DNA of 64,000 nucleotides from Minisyncoccota bacterium. Lineage in GTDB: Bacteria; Patescibacteriota; Minisyncoccia; JAHIHE01; JAGLIN01. The position numbers and the translations under genes were made by a program. This document shows, piece after piece, positions 24,101-32,404 of the stretch. The stretch covers positions 79,191-143,190 of the forward strand of contig JBAZUT010000003.1 in the NCBI GenBank assembly GCA_041661265.1, written 5' to 3'. The first letter of the stretch is position 1. The number at the start of each line of letters is the position of its first letter. The notes beneath the pieces were generated by a model, which was given only the letters and a program-made list of their open reading frames with translations, was not told the origin of the DNA and ran no database searches.

Positions 24101-25369
24101 TTATTTTAAACTTAAGATGCCGTTTATCGGCGCATTATCCTCAAATGGTCCGATAAGGGCCAAGTTGAGCTTTTTATCGACGAATATATCCTCAGAAACT
24201 CTCTTGATATCCTTCGCACTGACTGAGTCTATTTTATCAAATTTCTCTTCGGGGGTCAAAATCTTTCCCGAATAGAGTTCCTGCATCGCGACAAAGCTCG
24301 CCATTGAATCAGATGATTCAAGAGCTATGGTCGTTCGGCCTTTGAGATATGTCTTTGCCTTGCTGAGTTCATCTGCATCAACACCGAAGTCTCTTATTCT
24401 TTTGTATTCATCGAGAATTATTTTGATCGCTTTTATGCTTTTTTCGTTGCTGAGTCCGGCCTGAGTGACCAAATATCCGACGTCTTTATAGCTTTCCGCG
24501 CTTGTATGGATATAATATGCAAGACCGTTCTTTTCCCTGACCGACGTAAAAAGCCGCGAACTCATGTTCCCTCCCAGTATCGCGCTCAAGATGCTCATTG
24601 CATATTTATTCTCGCTCTCGATCCCATATGCCCTTACGCCTATGCAAATGTGCGTTTGATCCGTTTTTCTGTTATTCACGAGCAAGTTTGGCTGAGATTG
24701 ATCATCATGAGCGCTGGCCTGATCCGGAGATCTGCGGTCCGATATGCCCATAAAATATTTGCCGATCTTCGACTCGACTTGTTTTTCATTTATCTTTCCG
24801 CAGACAGCGATCACGATATTGTCCGCAGAGTAATAGTCATTATAATATTTCACAAAATCTTCCCTTTTTACAGAATTGATCGTTTCGCGGTTTCCGATCT
24901 CGTCAAAACCCAAAGGCTGGTCTTTATATAAAACACTTTCATACAACGTCGGAACGTACATCATTGGATTGTCGAGATACATATTCATTTCCTCGATTAT
25001 CGTCCCTCGCTCCTTATTGATCTCCGATTGGTCAAATTTTGAATTCAGAACAATATCCGAAATGACGTCTGCGGCAAGATCGAAATTCGATGCATCAACT
25101 TTCACCCAAAATCCGGTATATTCCTTTCCCGTAAATGCGTTGTATACTCCTCCAACCCTGTCCAATTCCTTGGAGATATCGAGCGTTGTCGGCCTTTTTG
25201 CCGTTCCCTTGAAAAACATATGCTCAAGAAAATGAGATATTCCGCGGATATTCTCCGACTCGTTCTTCGATCCGGTTCTCACCAGCAGCAGGATAGTGAC
25301 CGTATTTGTATGTTCAAGCGGAACCGTAATGAGCTTCGAACCGCCGGAAAGCAAAGATTTTTTATACAT
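24101..25369 (-). CDS. M16 (pitrilysin-like) zinc peptidase
   Basis: HFLEHMFFKGT inverted zinc motif, SSRLF..VRE..GLAY. Confidence 0.93.
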   Translation of the reverse strand: MYKKSLLSGGSKLITVPLEHTNTVTILLLVRTGSKNESENIRGISHFLEHMFFKGTAKRPTTLDISKELDRVGGVYNAFTGKEYTGFWVKVDASNFDLAADVISDIVLNSKFDQSEINKERGTIIEEMNMYLDNPMMYVPTLYESVLYKDQPLGFDEIGNRETINSVKREDFVKYYNDYYSADNIVIAVCGKINEKQVESKIGKYFMGISDRRSPDQASAHDDQSQPNLLVNNRKTDQTHICIGVRAYGIESENKYAMSILSAILGGNMSSRLFTSVREKNGLAYYIHTSAESYKDVGYLVTQAGLSNEKSIKAIKIILDEYKRIRDFGVDADELSKAKTYLKGRTTIALESSDSMASFVAMQELYSGKILTPEEKFDKIDSVSAKDIKRVSEDIFVDKKLNLALIGPFEDNAPINGILSLK

Positions 25370-25393
25370 GTTTTGGATATATAATTAAAAATA

Positions 25394-25537
25394 ACGCAAA
25401 AGGCCGATAACTAGCAGCTTCTAAATGATACGAACTGAAATTGACTAAGCCGTAAACTTTTTAGCTTACGGAGAGGAGAGAGATTGTTTGCCAACTACAG
25501 TACGATTAGAATGCCGCTAGCTCTCGACCTTTTGCGC
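25394..25537 (-). ncRNA. candidate structured RNA / leader (long irregular hairpin)
   Basis: About 45 bp interrupted stem whose G-U pairs form only on the minus strand; consensus promoter upstream. Confidence 0.55.
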
Positions 25538-25571
25538 TCAATAAGCATTGAAATCACCATTTGTATTAGAT

Positions 25572-25600
25572 ATTATATGATTTAGCACGGTATATGTCAA
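25572..25600 (-). promoter_or_regulatory. consensus sigma70 promoter
   Basis: Minus strand TTGACA-17 bp-TATAAT. Confidence 0.8.
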
Positions 25601-25688
25601 TATTTAAAAAAATATATCGCTCGTGTGCCTTGCCATGTTCCGATTTATTGTGTTAAATTTATATATAGCAAATAAATAAGAAAAGATA

Positions 25689-26447
25689 ATGCATCAGGAA
25701 ATCACATTCATAGGGCATTCTACCATATTGATAGATATCGAAGGCTTCAAGATCATAACGGATCCGATTTTTTCAAAATGGGTATATGGAATACCGCGTG
25801 CCAAAAAAGTTAACATAGAAATTGACGATCTCAAGAACGACGTTGATCTTATTTTGATATCGCATGCGCACAAAGATCATCTGAACAAAAAAAGTTTGAA
25901 TCATTTTCAAAAGGATATTCCCATTGCATCGCACAGCGACAACAAGAAATATATCAGTAAATGCAAATTCACGAACATACTCCAATTCGCCTATTGGGAA
26001 TCAAAACTTTTCAATAAAGACGCGATCCGGGTCACATCGGTTCCGGCATATCATGGAAAAACTTTGCCATGGGGACCGATCGGAACCTCAGGGGGATTCG
26101 TGATCGAATCAACAGATAAAACTATATATTTTGCCGGAGACACCGCATATGATTCCGGATTATTCAAGACGATCAGGACGAAATTCGACATAGATGTTCT
26201 ATTGATGCCGATCGGAGCGTATTCGCCTCGATGGATGCTCAGAAACGAGCACACCAATCCCGATGAAGCGCTGAAAACGATGCATGTACTGAAAGCCAAA
26301 ACAATGATTCCGATCCACTGGGGCTCATATATGTTCGCGCTTGATACTCCCAAACAGCCTATCAGAATACTGAAAAAGAGGATAATGGGCACGAATCTTG
26401 AAAAAAAGGTGCGCATTCTGAAAAACGGTGAAAGTATGAGCCTGTAA
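25689..26447 (+). CDS. MBL-fold metallo-hydrolase (NAPE-PLD/RomA-like)
   Basis: GHST, TDP, SHAHKDH, YFAGDT, PIGAY, PIHWG. Confidence 0.9.
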   Translation: MHQEITFIGHSTILIDIEGFKIITDPIFSKWVYGIPRAKKVNIEIDDLKNDVDLILISHAHKDHLNKKSLNHFQKDIPIASHSDNKKYISKCKFTNILQFAYWESKLFNKDAIRVTSVPAYHGKTLPWGPIGTSGGFVIESTDKTIYFAGDTAYDSGLFKTIRTKFDIDVLLMPIGAYSPRWMLRNEHTNPDEALKTMHVLKAKTMIPIHWGSYMFALDTPKQPIRILKKRIMGTNLEKKVRILKNGESMSL

Positions 26448-26525
26448 AAGACCGCAAGTATTGACAAATCTAATATTATGTATAATAATGTATTTACGCT
26501 TTAAGACACAATAATCAGACAAAGC

Positions 26526-26600
26526 ATGGACTCTGCACACAATATAATGATGATGATGGATATGATGATGAACCACTTCAATGAGAGTTGGCGCTTTTAG
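26526..26600 (+). CDS. Met-rich attenuator leader peptide MDSAHNIMMMMDMMMNHFNESWRF
   Basis: 24-codon ORF with 7 ATG codons in an 8-codon run; 3' end overlaps an antiterminator strand. Confidence 0.75.
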   Translation: MDSAHNIMMMMDMMMNHFNESWRF

Positions 26601-26653
26601 ATTTCAGATCAAGACAAAGAGCAAAAGGCCGATTCTCCGGAATCGGTTATTTT
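26583..26653 (+). promoter_or_regulatory. attenuator: antiterminator (26583-26598 : 26623-26637) versus terminator (26627-26648 + T tail)
   Basis: GAGAGTTGGC pairs with GCCGATTCTC (10 bp) and CTTTT with AAAAG; the alternative is GGCCGATTC-tccg-GAATCGGTT followed by ATTTT. Confidence 0.75.
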
Positions 26654-26726
26654 AGTTCATTCAATGATTTCCATTTCAATATTGAATCGCGGATTAGATG
26701 AATAAATAATCAATAATATATAATAC

Positions 26727-27524
26727 ATGCAAATTACGATCATAAACGACTGCCAGGATCAAAACGCCAAATTAAGACAAGTGACAAGGGCGGGCTCATA
26801 TTTTAAGAATGCTTCCGTGAATTGCTTCGGCGTCAGTTCAGAGCTCGAAGCGGCGGGGTTTCTTTTGGATGCCATAGACGCTTTTGAGGGAAGGGAAGGA
26901 ATAGTCCTCGCAAACGTCGCTCCAAGGAACGGAAGCGCGCATAAATGGAAGAATGGCACTCCTTTCGGATATTTTTGGTACAAAAAAACTTTGGTGGTTA
27001 CGACAATCGACGGGATGATCCTTTCTCTTGCAAAAAAATACGGCGTGATCGATAAGCTTTATGTCCTTGAGATCAAAGAAGTGCTGGAAGCCATTAAAAG
27101 AAGCGAATTGAGCGACGAAGTGAAAGGCCGGATCATTTCAAGCCAATTCAGAAGCTATGACTTTCTTCCGAGAGCCGCCTATTGGATAAAGAAAAAGATA
27201 AAACTGCCCAAAACCGAATTTGACCTAAACCTTATTCCGGAGATCCCAAAAAAGATCTGGTTCACGGACAACTTTGGAAATGCAAAAACCACCATCGACA
27301 GCGCATCTGCCGATGACAGAAAAAGAATAACCGTCAGGATCAACGGCAATGCTGTTGAATTGAATTACTACAAATGTCTTCGCGACCTCAAAGATGGAGA
27401 AACCGGACTAGTACAAGGAAGTTCGGGAGTTTTCGGACACAGATTTTTGGAGATCATGACTCAAGGAAAAAATACTTCTCATCTGTTGAACATCAAAGCA
27501 GGGGATGATGTGGAGATATTATAA
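26727..27524 (+). CDS. SAM hydroxide adenosyltransferase / SAM-dependent halogenase family protein (DUF62)
   Basis: N-terminal ITIIND, VLANVAPR, QFRSYD (FHGRD-equivalent), TDNFGNAKT, GSSG...FLEI. Confidence 0.8.
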   Translation: MQITIINDCQDQNAKLRQVTRAGSYFKNASVNCFGVSSELEAAGFLLDAIDAFEGREGIVLANVAPRNGSAHKWKNGTPFGYFWYKKTLVVTTIDGMILSLAKKYGVIDKLYVLEIKEVLEAIKRSELSDEVKGRIISSQFRSYDFLPRAAYWIKKKIKLPKTEFDLNLIPEIPKKIWFTDNFGNAKTTIDSASADDRKRITVRINGNAVELNYYKCLRDLKDGETGLVQGSSGVFGHRFLEIMTQGKNTSHLLNIKAGDDVEIL

Positions 27525-27526
27525 CA

Positions 27527-27570
27527 AATTTACAATTTTAAATTTACAATTTTCAATAAATGACTGAATA
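27527..27570 (+). repeat. heptamer-repeat element
   Basis: aatttac-aatttta-aatttac-aattttc-aataaatgactgaat, same architecture as 581-625 and 4189-4234. Confidence 0.6.
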
Positions 27571-27657
27571 TCCAAATGTTCAATGGGATCGGAATAACTC
27601 GACTCATGAGTACATTTACTTGAAAAGTAACAATGCTTTATAAAATTCTTCATTTCA

Positions 27658-28533
27658 TTAATTCGCCTTTGCGCATGAGTTGAACGCATCGACCTCGGCA
27701 TTATAAGTCGTAACATAGTTTTTGGTTTCCTTTATCAGAGCATTAATATCCGACACCATCTGGTTATATCTTCTCACGTTCTTATTATAAACCGCGATAT
27801 CGCCTTCCGATCGAGGATTGGAGCTGTCAATGATGTCTTTCAAGCCATTTATTGAAGCTTCCGCCGAAGTTATCGTTGTATTATTCTGATCAATTTTCTG
27901 CTTCAATGCCGTGTCTATTTTCGGACAAGCGGATAACGGAAGCGCAAAGACTTGGATCGCCATCCATGTTTCATTTTTCTCATATTGTCCTTTTTGCACA
28001 GCTATTCCTATTTCGGCATATCTCCCGTTGAGTATATTTGCGCGATGTCCCGGGCTGTTCATCCATGCATCGACGAGAGCTTTGTCGCCGTCGAAATTCC
28101 CAAGAGCGATATTCTCTCCGATCGTGATATACTCATAGCCATATTCCTTTGCAACATCTGAAACGCCTATTCCGGAAGGAGATATGTGCTCAAAATATTG
28201 TTCCTTGAACATATCATCGAGCCGCAATTGCGCAATTGCGTCCAATTTTGCATTCTCCTTCAGAGCTGTCAGTCCGCCGTTTGCATTACGCATATCATTA
28301 GTCCATTTCAGGACTCCGGAAATTGTAAGATTTGTTCTGGTGTTATATCCGTTAGAATATTTCAGGGGAGGCGGACTGTTTATTTCTTTTTCAATTTCTG
28401 AAATTATATTTTTTGTATCTTCGATCGGAAAATTAAAATCAATTTTTTTTATACCATAATAATTCATTCCGAAATAAACCGACCCAACGACCGTCAACAA
28501 CAATACAATGCCGAAGAATGTTTTTTTAATCAT
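27658..28533 (-). CDS. CAP (SCP-like) domain protein with C-terminal coiled coil
   Basis: N-terminal TM, YFEH, GENIA, WMNSPGHRANIL. Confidence 0.92.
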   Translation of the reverse strand: MIKKTFFGIVLLLTVVGSVYFGMNYYGIKKIDFNFPIEDTKNIISEIEKEINSPPPLKYSNGYNTRTNLTISGVLKWTNDMRNANGGLTALKENAKLDAIAQLRLDDMFKEQYFEHISPSGIGVSDVAKEYGYEYITIGENIALGNFDGDKALVDAWMNSPGHRANILNGRYAEIGIAVQKGQYEKNETWMAIQVFALPLSACPKIDTALKQKIDQNNTTITSAEASINGLKDIIDSSNPRSEGDIAVYNKNVRRYNQMVSDINALIKETKNYVTTYNAEVDAFNSCAKAN

Positions 28534-28709
28534 AGAATATATTTACGTGCGCCATATTTATGCATTTATTATACTTGCGATATATATTAATACAAGTCTA
28601 TACAATAACTACATATTGTAGTAGTTTATCAAAAGAACATTCTCAAAATAAAATTCTTTTTCGCATTTCAAATAATGCCGTATTTTGGCTTCAATTAGTG
28701 CCAAATATC

Positions 28710-28754
28710 TGTGGATAAGTCAATGCTTGACACTGCTTTTTATAATGAGATAAT
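28710..28754 (+). promoter_or_regulatory. DnaA box plus sigma70 promoter
   Basis: TGTGGATAA (28710-28718), then TTGACA-16-GATAAT with extended TG. Confidence 0.45.
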
Positions 28755-28765
28755 GATAACACAAC

Positions 28766-28938
28766 AACATCGTTGGGCAGCGAAATTCAAAAATTTATAA
28801 ACGATATTGCACGACTGGTTCATATGCTGAAATGATCGATCCGGAAAGTTAGAATAGTCTTCTAGCGAGAGGCGACCATGACAAACTGAAAGTTTAAATC
28901 TGGTTGTTTTTGTTTACTGAATTTTATCTGACGAAGTT
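28766..28938 (+). ncRNA. candidate multi-stem structured RNA
   Basis: Nested complementary segments tcgtt/gacga, gaaattca/tgaatttt, taaacga/ttgttta, acgactgg/ctggttgt, gttagaa/ttctagc. Confidence 0.45.
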
Positions 28939-29118
28939 TCGTTTTTATGCACCTGGAGCTTTAGTTTCAGATCAATCGGATCAGAGGCATAAAGATCCAT
29001 TACGGCCGGCCTCCGAATTTAAGTTATGCAAAATATTTATTATCTTTCAGATATCATATATAGTATAAAGAATCGATTCAAAGTTTTGGAAGTATCATTT
29101 ATTTTATAAAGCAAAAAA

Positions 29119-29319
29119 ATGGCATGCAATAATGATGACTTTGAACCAATGTGCGTTTCGACCGAAGAAAGAGAAGTGATACATGATCTCCGCAATTTGG
29201 AATTCGGAAGGATATCGGTTTTCATTCAGAACGGCGTGATGATTAACAAGGAGATCACAAAAACGATCAAGAACAACAAGCATTCGCATCGGGAAGGATA
29301 TATCCAGGAAAAATATTAA
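29119..29319 (+). CDS. DUF2292 (YezD/OscA-like) small protein
   Basis: LRNLEFGRISVFIQNGVMINKEITKTIK matches the L..L.FG.I.I.IQ.G pattern. Confidence 0.7.
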   Translation: MACNNDDFEPMCVSTEEREVIHDLRNLEFGRISVFIQNGVMINKEITKTIKNNKHSHREGYIQEKY

Positions 29320-29329
29320 AAATTTCGCC

Positions 29330-29431
29330 TGACAGCAAACTGAGTCCCGAGGTCTCGGGATGACAGACAACTGAGGGCTCGCATAGTCAATCTACTTTTT
29401 TTGAAGTGGTTGGCGGTTGCGGGCCCTTTTT
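29330..29431 (+). promoter_or_regulatory. duplicated TGACAG-N2-AACTGAG motif followed by strong intrinsic terminator
   Basis: Copies at 29330-29344 and 29361-29375; terminator gggctcgca...tgcgggccc-ttttt (29375-29431). Confidence 0.65.
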
Positions 29432-29821
29432 GTAATAACGATCCGCAAGCGACAGATGACAGTATATTAATTAATAATGTTAAGCTGGTTTGAAAATCAA
29501 ACTACCGGCATTTAACATATATAAAGGTCGGAGTTGTTTATTTAAACCCTAAAGGTAATTAATTAACTTTAATTATATATGAGGGTGAAAGGTTTAAATA
29601 AGTAACTTAAAAAACTTTTATCAGTTAAATAAAAAAACTTCTGCCGAAGTTCAAAATATGGATCTTTGTAGATGTAACGCCTTTTTCGAAAGGTTTTACG
29701 AGGAAAGCGAGGCAATCCCGAATTCTCGGGACTGCCAAGCGGTGAAATCCTCGCAATTCATCACTAACATAATATTTATATTTTGTCAATATGTAGGCGG
29801 AAGCTTAAAAGGAAAATTACA

Positions 29822-30943
29822 ATGAAAACGAAAACAATGAAAAAGTTCGTTGCACTCTCGGTCATGTTTGCGATGAGCTTGAGCTTCAGTTCAACCGTAT
29901 TGGCGCAATCAACGATCGGAACCGGCCTAACTGCTGATGTCAGCGGCGGCGCTACTCCTATTGTGAAAGCGAAATGGGAAGCAAATGCGCAGGACAGATA
30001 CACAGATGCAAGCACAGCGGCAGGAGCGCAATTTTTGCCGTCAGGACAATACAATATGCATAAATCAATTGCAATATGCGCAGTTGTAACCGATCCGGAC
30101 GGACTTGCAGACATCGACAATGTGTATGCCGATGTATTCTATCCAAATGTTGCATTAGGTTCCAGCCATGTAGCGCTCCCGAATCAGTCAGGTGATGGCT
30201 GCGGAGCGTTCATGCAGGAAGATCTTTTGGTCAGACTCCCTAAAGCCGATGGCATTGCGCTATTCTGCGACAGGGTGAGGAATAACAACAATAATCTTCC
30301 GACATTCAACACGGCACCGATAGCTTATAGCTATGACGAAATTTGCGGCGCAACAGGAGAATTGGAGAAAGACACGGCTGCCGTTTATTGCGGTGAAAAA
30401 GAGATCTCATATGAGGATCCTTCGGGAGATTATGAGGTTTGGGCGATCGGACAGGATAAGAATGGTTTGCAGGGAAAACTTGTGAATCATTTCACTTATC
30501 TTCCAATGACCGCATTTGAGACTGATTTCAATCAGGTCGCATATGGAAATGTCAGACTGAACACTCACAAGATCATCGCCGGCGACTTGACTTGGGATGT
30601 CTTGAATCAGGGAAGAGCTTCAGTGAGAAACGTCGGAAACACCAGGTTGGTCATGAAGATCTGGCAGAATGATATGGGACTCGGCAAGACTAGCGGACTC
30701 TGGAATGTGAAATATGACGCCAGGGTCGGAAGTGCTTCAACATACGCGGTCTATGATCCGGAAACAACAAACGTATTGGATGATGAATTAGACTTGTCAG
30801 AATTGGACGAAATGGATTTCTCCATCGACATTTCAAAATTCCCTCCGACGCATGTTGGATCGAACTACACCGGAACAATGACATTGAGCGCAGATTCGCT
30901 TCCTCATTTAGTATGCGAGGAGACTCCAGGTCAGGTTCAGTAA
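29822..30943 (+). CDS. secreted beta-rich protein, putative major surface subunit
   Basis: Signal peptide MKKFVALSVMFAMSL...VLA; paralogous to the next gene. Confidence 0.85.
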   Translation: MKTKTMKKFVALSVMFAMSLSFSSTVLAQSTIGTGLTADVSGGATPIVKAKWEANAQDRYTDASTAAGAQFLPSGQYNMHKSIAICAVVTDPDGLADIDNVYADVFYPNVALGSSHVALPNQSGDGCGAFMQEDLLVRLPKADGIALFCDRVRNNNNNLPTFNTAPIAYSYDEICGATGELEKDTAAVYCGEKEISYEDPSGDYEVWAIGQDKNGLQGKLVNHFTYLPMTAFETDFNQVAYGNVRLNTHKIIAGDLTWDVLNQGRASVRNVGNTRLVMKIWQNDMGLGKTSGLWNVKYDARVGSASTYAVYDPETTNVLDDELDLSELDEMDFSIDISKFPPTHVGSNYTGTMTLSADSLPHLVCEETPGQVQ

Positions 30944-30977
30944 TACGACTGAAACAATTGAAGTTTAATGTATTGCA

Positions 30978-31000
30978 GGGGGCGGCGACAAGCCGCCTCC
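30978..31000 (+). terminator. GC-rich hairpin (partial terminator or mRNA stabiliser)
   Basis: gggggcggc-gacaa-gccgcctcc. Confidence 0.5.
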
Positions 31001-31079
31001 GGAGAGGCTTGAAGCTAAATTATTTTGTTTTTGGTTTCAGACTTCTCGATAATTTATAATCAATAGAAAGCGAGGTATT

Positions 31080-32354
31080 ATGAAAATTAAACGCGCCGTA
31101 AAGCAAATATTCATAATAAGAAAACTATTGAAAACAGGTTTCAAAGTATCAGCTATTGCGGTGTTTGCATTTATTTCCTGCATTTATACATCCGTAAATG
31201 CCCAAGACCTTGAATTTTTAGGTGTGGCATCTGCTGACATCATTGTGGCAAATAGTGATATTGGCGAAAGCGCCAGCTCGACTTTTATAACCGAAGACAT
31301 CGTCGCAACCAATGATATTTCGGAAAGTGCGAGTTCGACTTTTATAATTCCGCAGGATGATAAGCATATATCAATTGGCCTGGATCCCGACTCTTCAAGT
31401 ATCCAGTCTCCGATCATCATGGCGAAATGGGAAGCGAATTCGGACAGATTTACGGATGCGGATGCGGCTGCCGGAGCTCAGTTTATGCCCTCAGGCCGTT
31501 ATGGGATCAATAAATCCATCGCATTCTGCGCAATTGTGGAAAATTCGGACGCCGCTGGCGCCGTTTATGCGGACGTTTACTATCCCGTAGGCGTGGCTCT
31601 TGGAAGCAGCTATACATCACTTCAGGGCCGATCCGGACTCGGTTGCGGAAAGATCATGCAAGAGCAGGGATTATTAAGGATTAATAAGGAATCAGGCATT
31701 GAACTTTTTTGCAATAAAATTAGGAATACAAATAATAATCTGCCTTCATTTGGAGCCGGATATGATTATGGAATTGCGTGCAACAATGAAGGAAGTTTGA
31801 TGAAAGAGACAGCTGCGGTTTATTGCGGTCTCAGGGACATTTCATATGGAGATCCTTCCGGCGATTATATTGTAAGGACTGTTGCCGATCAACCAAACGG
31901 GACAAGCAGCACTATAGAAGACATGTTCACATATTTTCCCGTTACGGCTTTTGAAACGGATTTTGATTCTATCGACTATGGCAAAGTGAAGCTGAATTCT
32001 AAAAAGGTTATCAGCGGAGATGCCATATTCGACATTACAACGATTAACAAACCGACAGTTCGAAATGTCGGCAACACGAGGCTTACTATGAGAATCGTCG
32101 AAGATGATATAGGACTTGGCAAGACATATGAAGATTGGAATGTGCGGTTTGATGCAAGAGTCGGAAATGTATCGGCATTTACGATCTTTGAACCGAATAC
32201 GCCTACTTTGCTCAATGACTCGCTCGGACTTTTGGATACGGAAAATATCGATTTCTCAGTGAATATATTCAGATTTCCGGAATCAGTCCGGGAAAGACTC
32301 GGAGGATCGATGATGCTGAGCGCAGAAGCCGCGCCACACCTTGCTTGCGAATAA
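31080..32354 (+). CDS. secreted paralog of 29822-30943
   Basis: Shared AKWEAN, AAGAQF.PSG.Y, VYADV.YP, TAFETDF, VRNVGNTRL, DARVG, PHL.CE; N-terminal ~19-aa duplicated segment. Confidence 0.85.
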   Translation: MKIKRAVKQIFIIRKLLKTGFKVSAIAVFAFISCIYTSVNAQDLEFLGVASADIIVANSDIGESASSTFITEDIVATNDISESASSTFIIPQDDKHISIGLDPDSSSIQSPIIMAKWEANSDRFTDADAAAGAQFMPSGRYGINKSIAFCAIVENSDAAGAVYADVYYPVGVALGSSYTSLQGRSGLGCGKIMQEQGLLRINKESGIELFCNKIRNTNNNLPSFGAGYDYGIACNNEGSLMKETAAVYCGLRDISYGDPSGDYIVRTVADQPNGTSSTIEDMFTYFPVTAFETDFDSIDYGKVKLNSKKVISGDAIFDITTINKPTVRNVGNTRLTMRIVEDDIGLGKTYEDWNVRFDARVGNVSAFTIFEPNTPTLLNDSLGLLDTENIDFSVNIFRFPESVRERLGGSMMLSAEAAPHLACE

Positions 32355-32404
32355 TACGAAATGTCAACGTTCCAGACAGAATACTCTTATAATTAATTAA
32401 ATCT

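Noticed and set aside
26325-26576. Minus-strand His-rich ORF (MVHHHIHHHHY...) as a His leader or metal-binding peptide
   Set aside because: It is the antisense reading of the ATG run and overlaps the MBL gene. The attenuator stems need G-U pairs that form on the plus strand, and the regulated gene is on plus.
28710-28718. DnaA box as a sign of oriC (also 57795-57803)
   Set aside because: Single isolated boxes, with no cluster and no dnaA/dnaN nearby.
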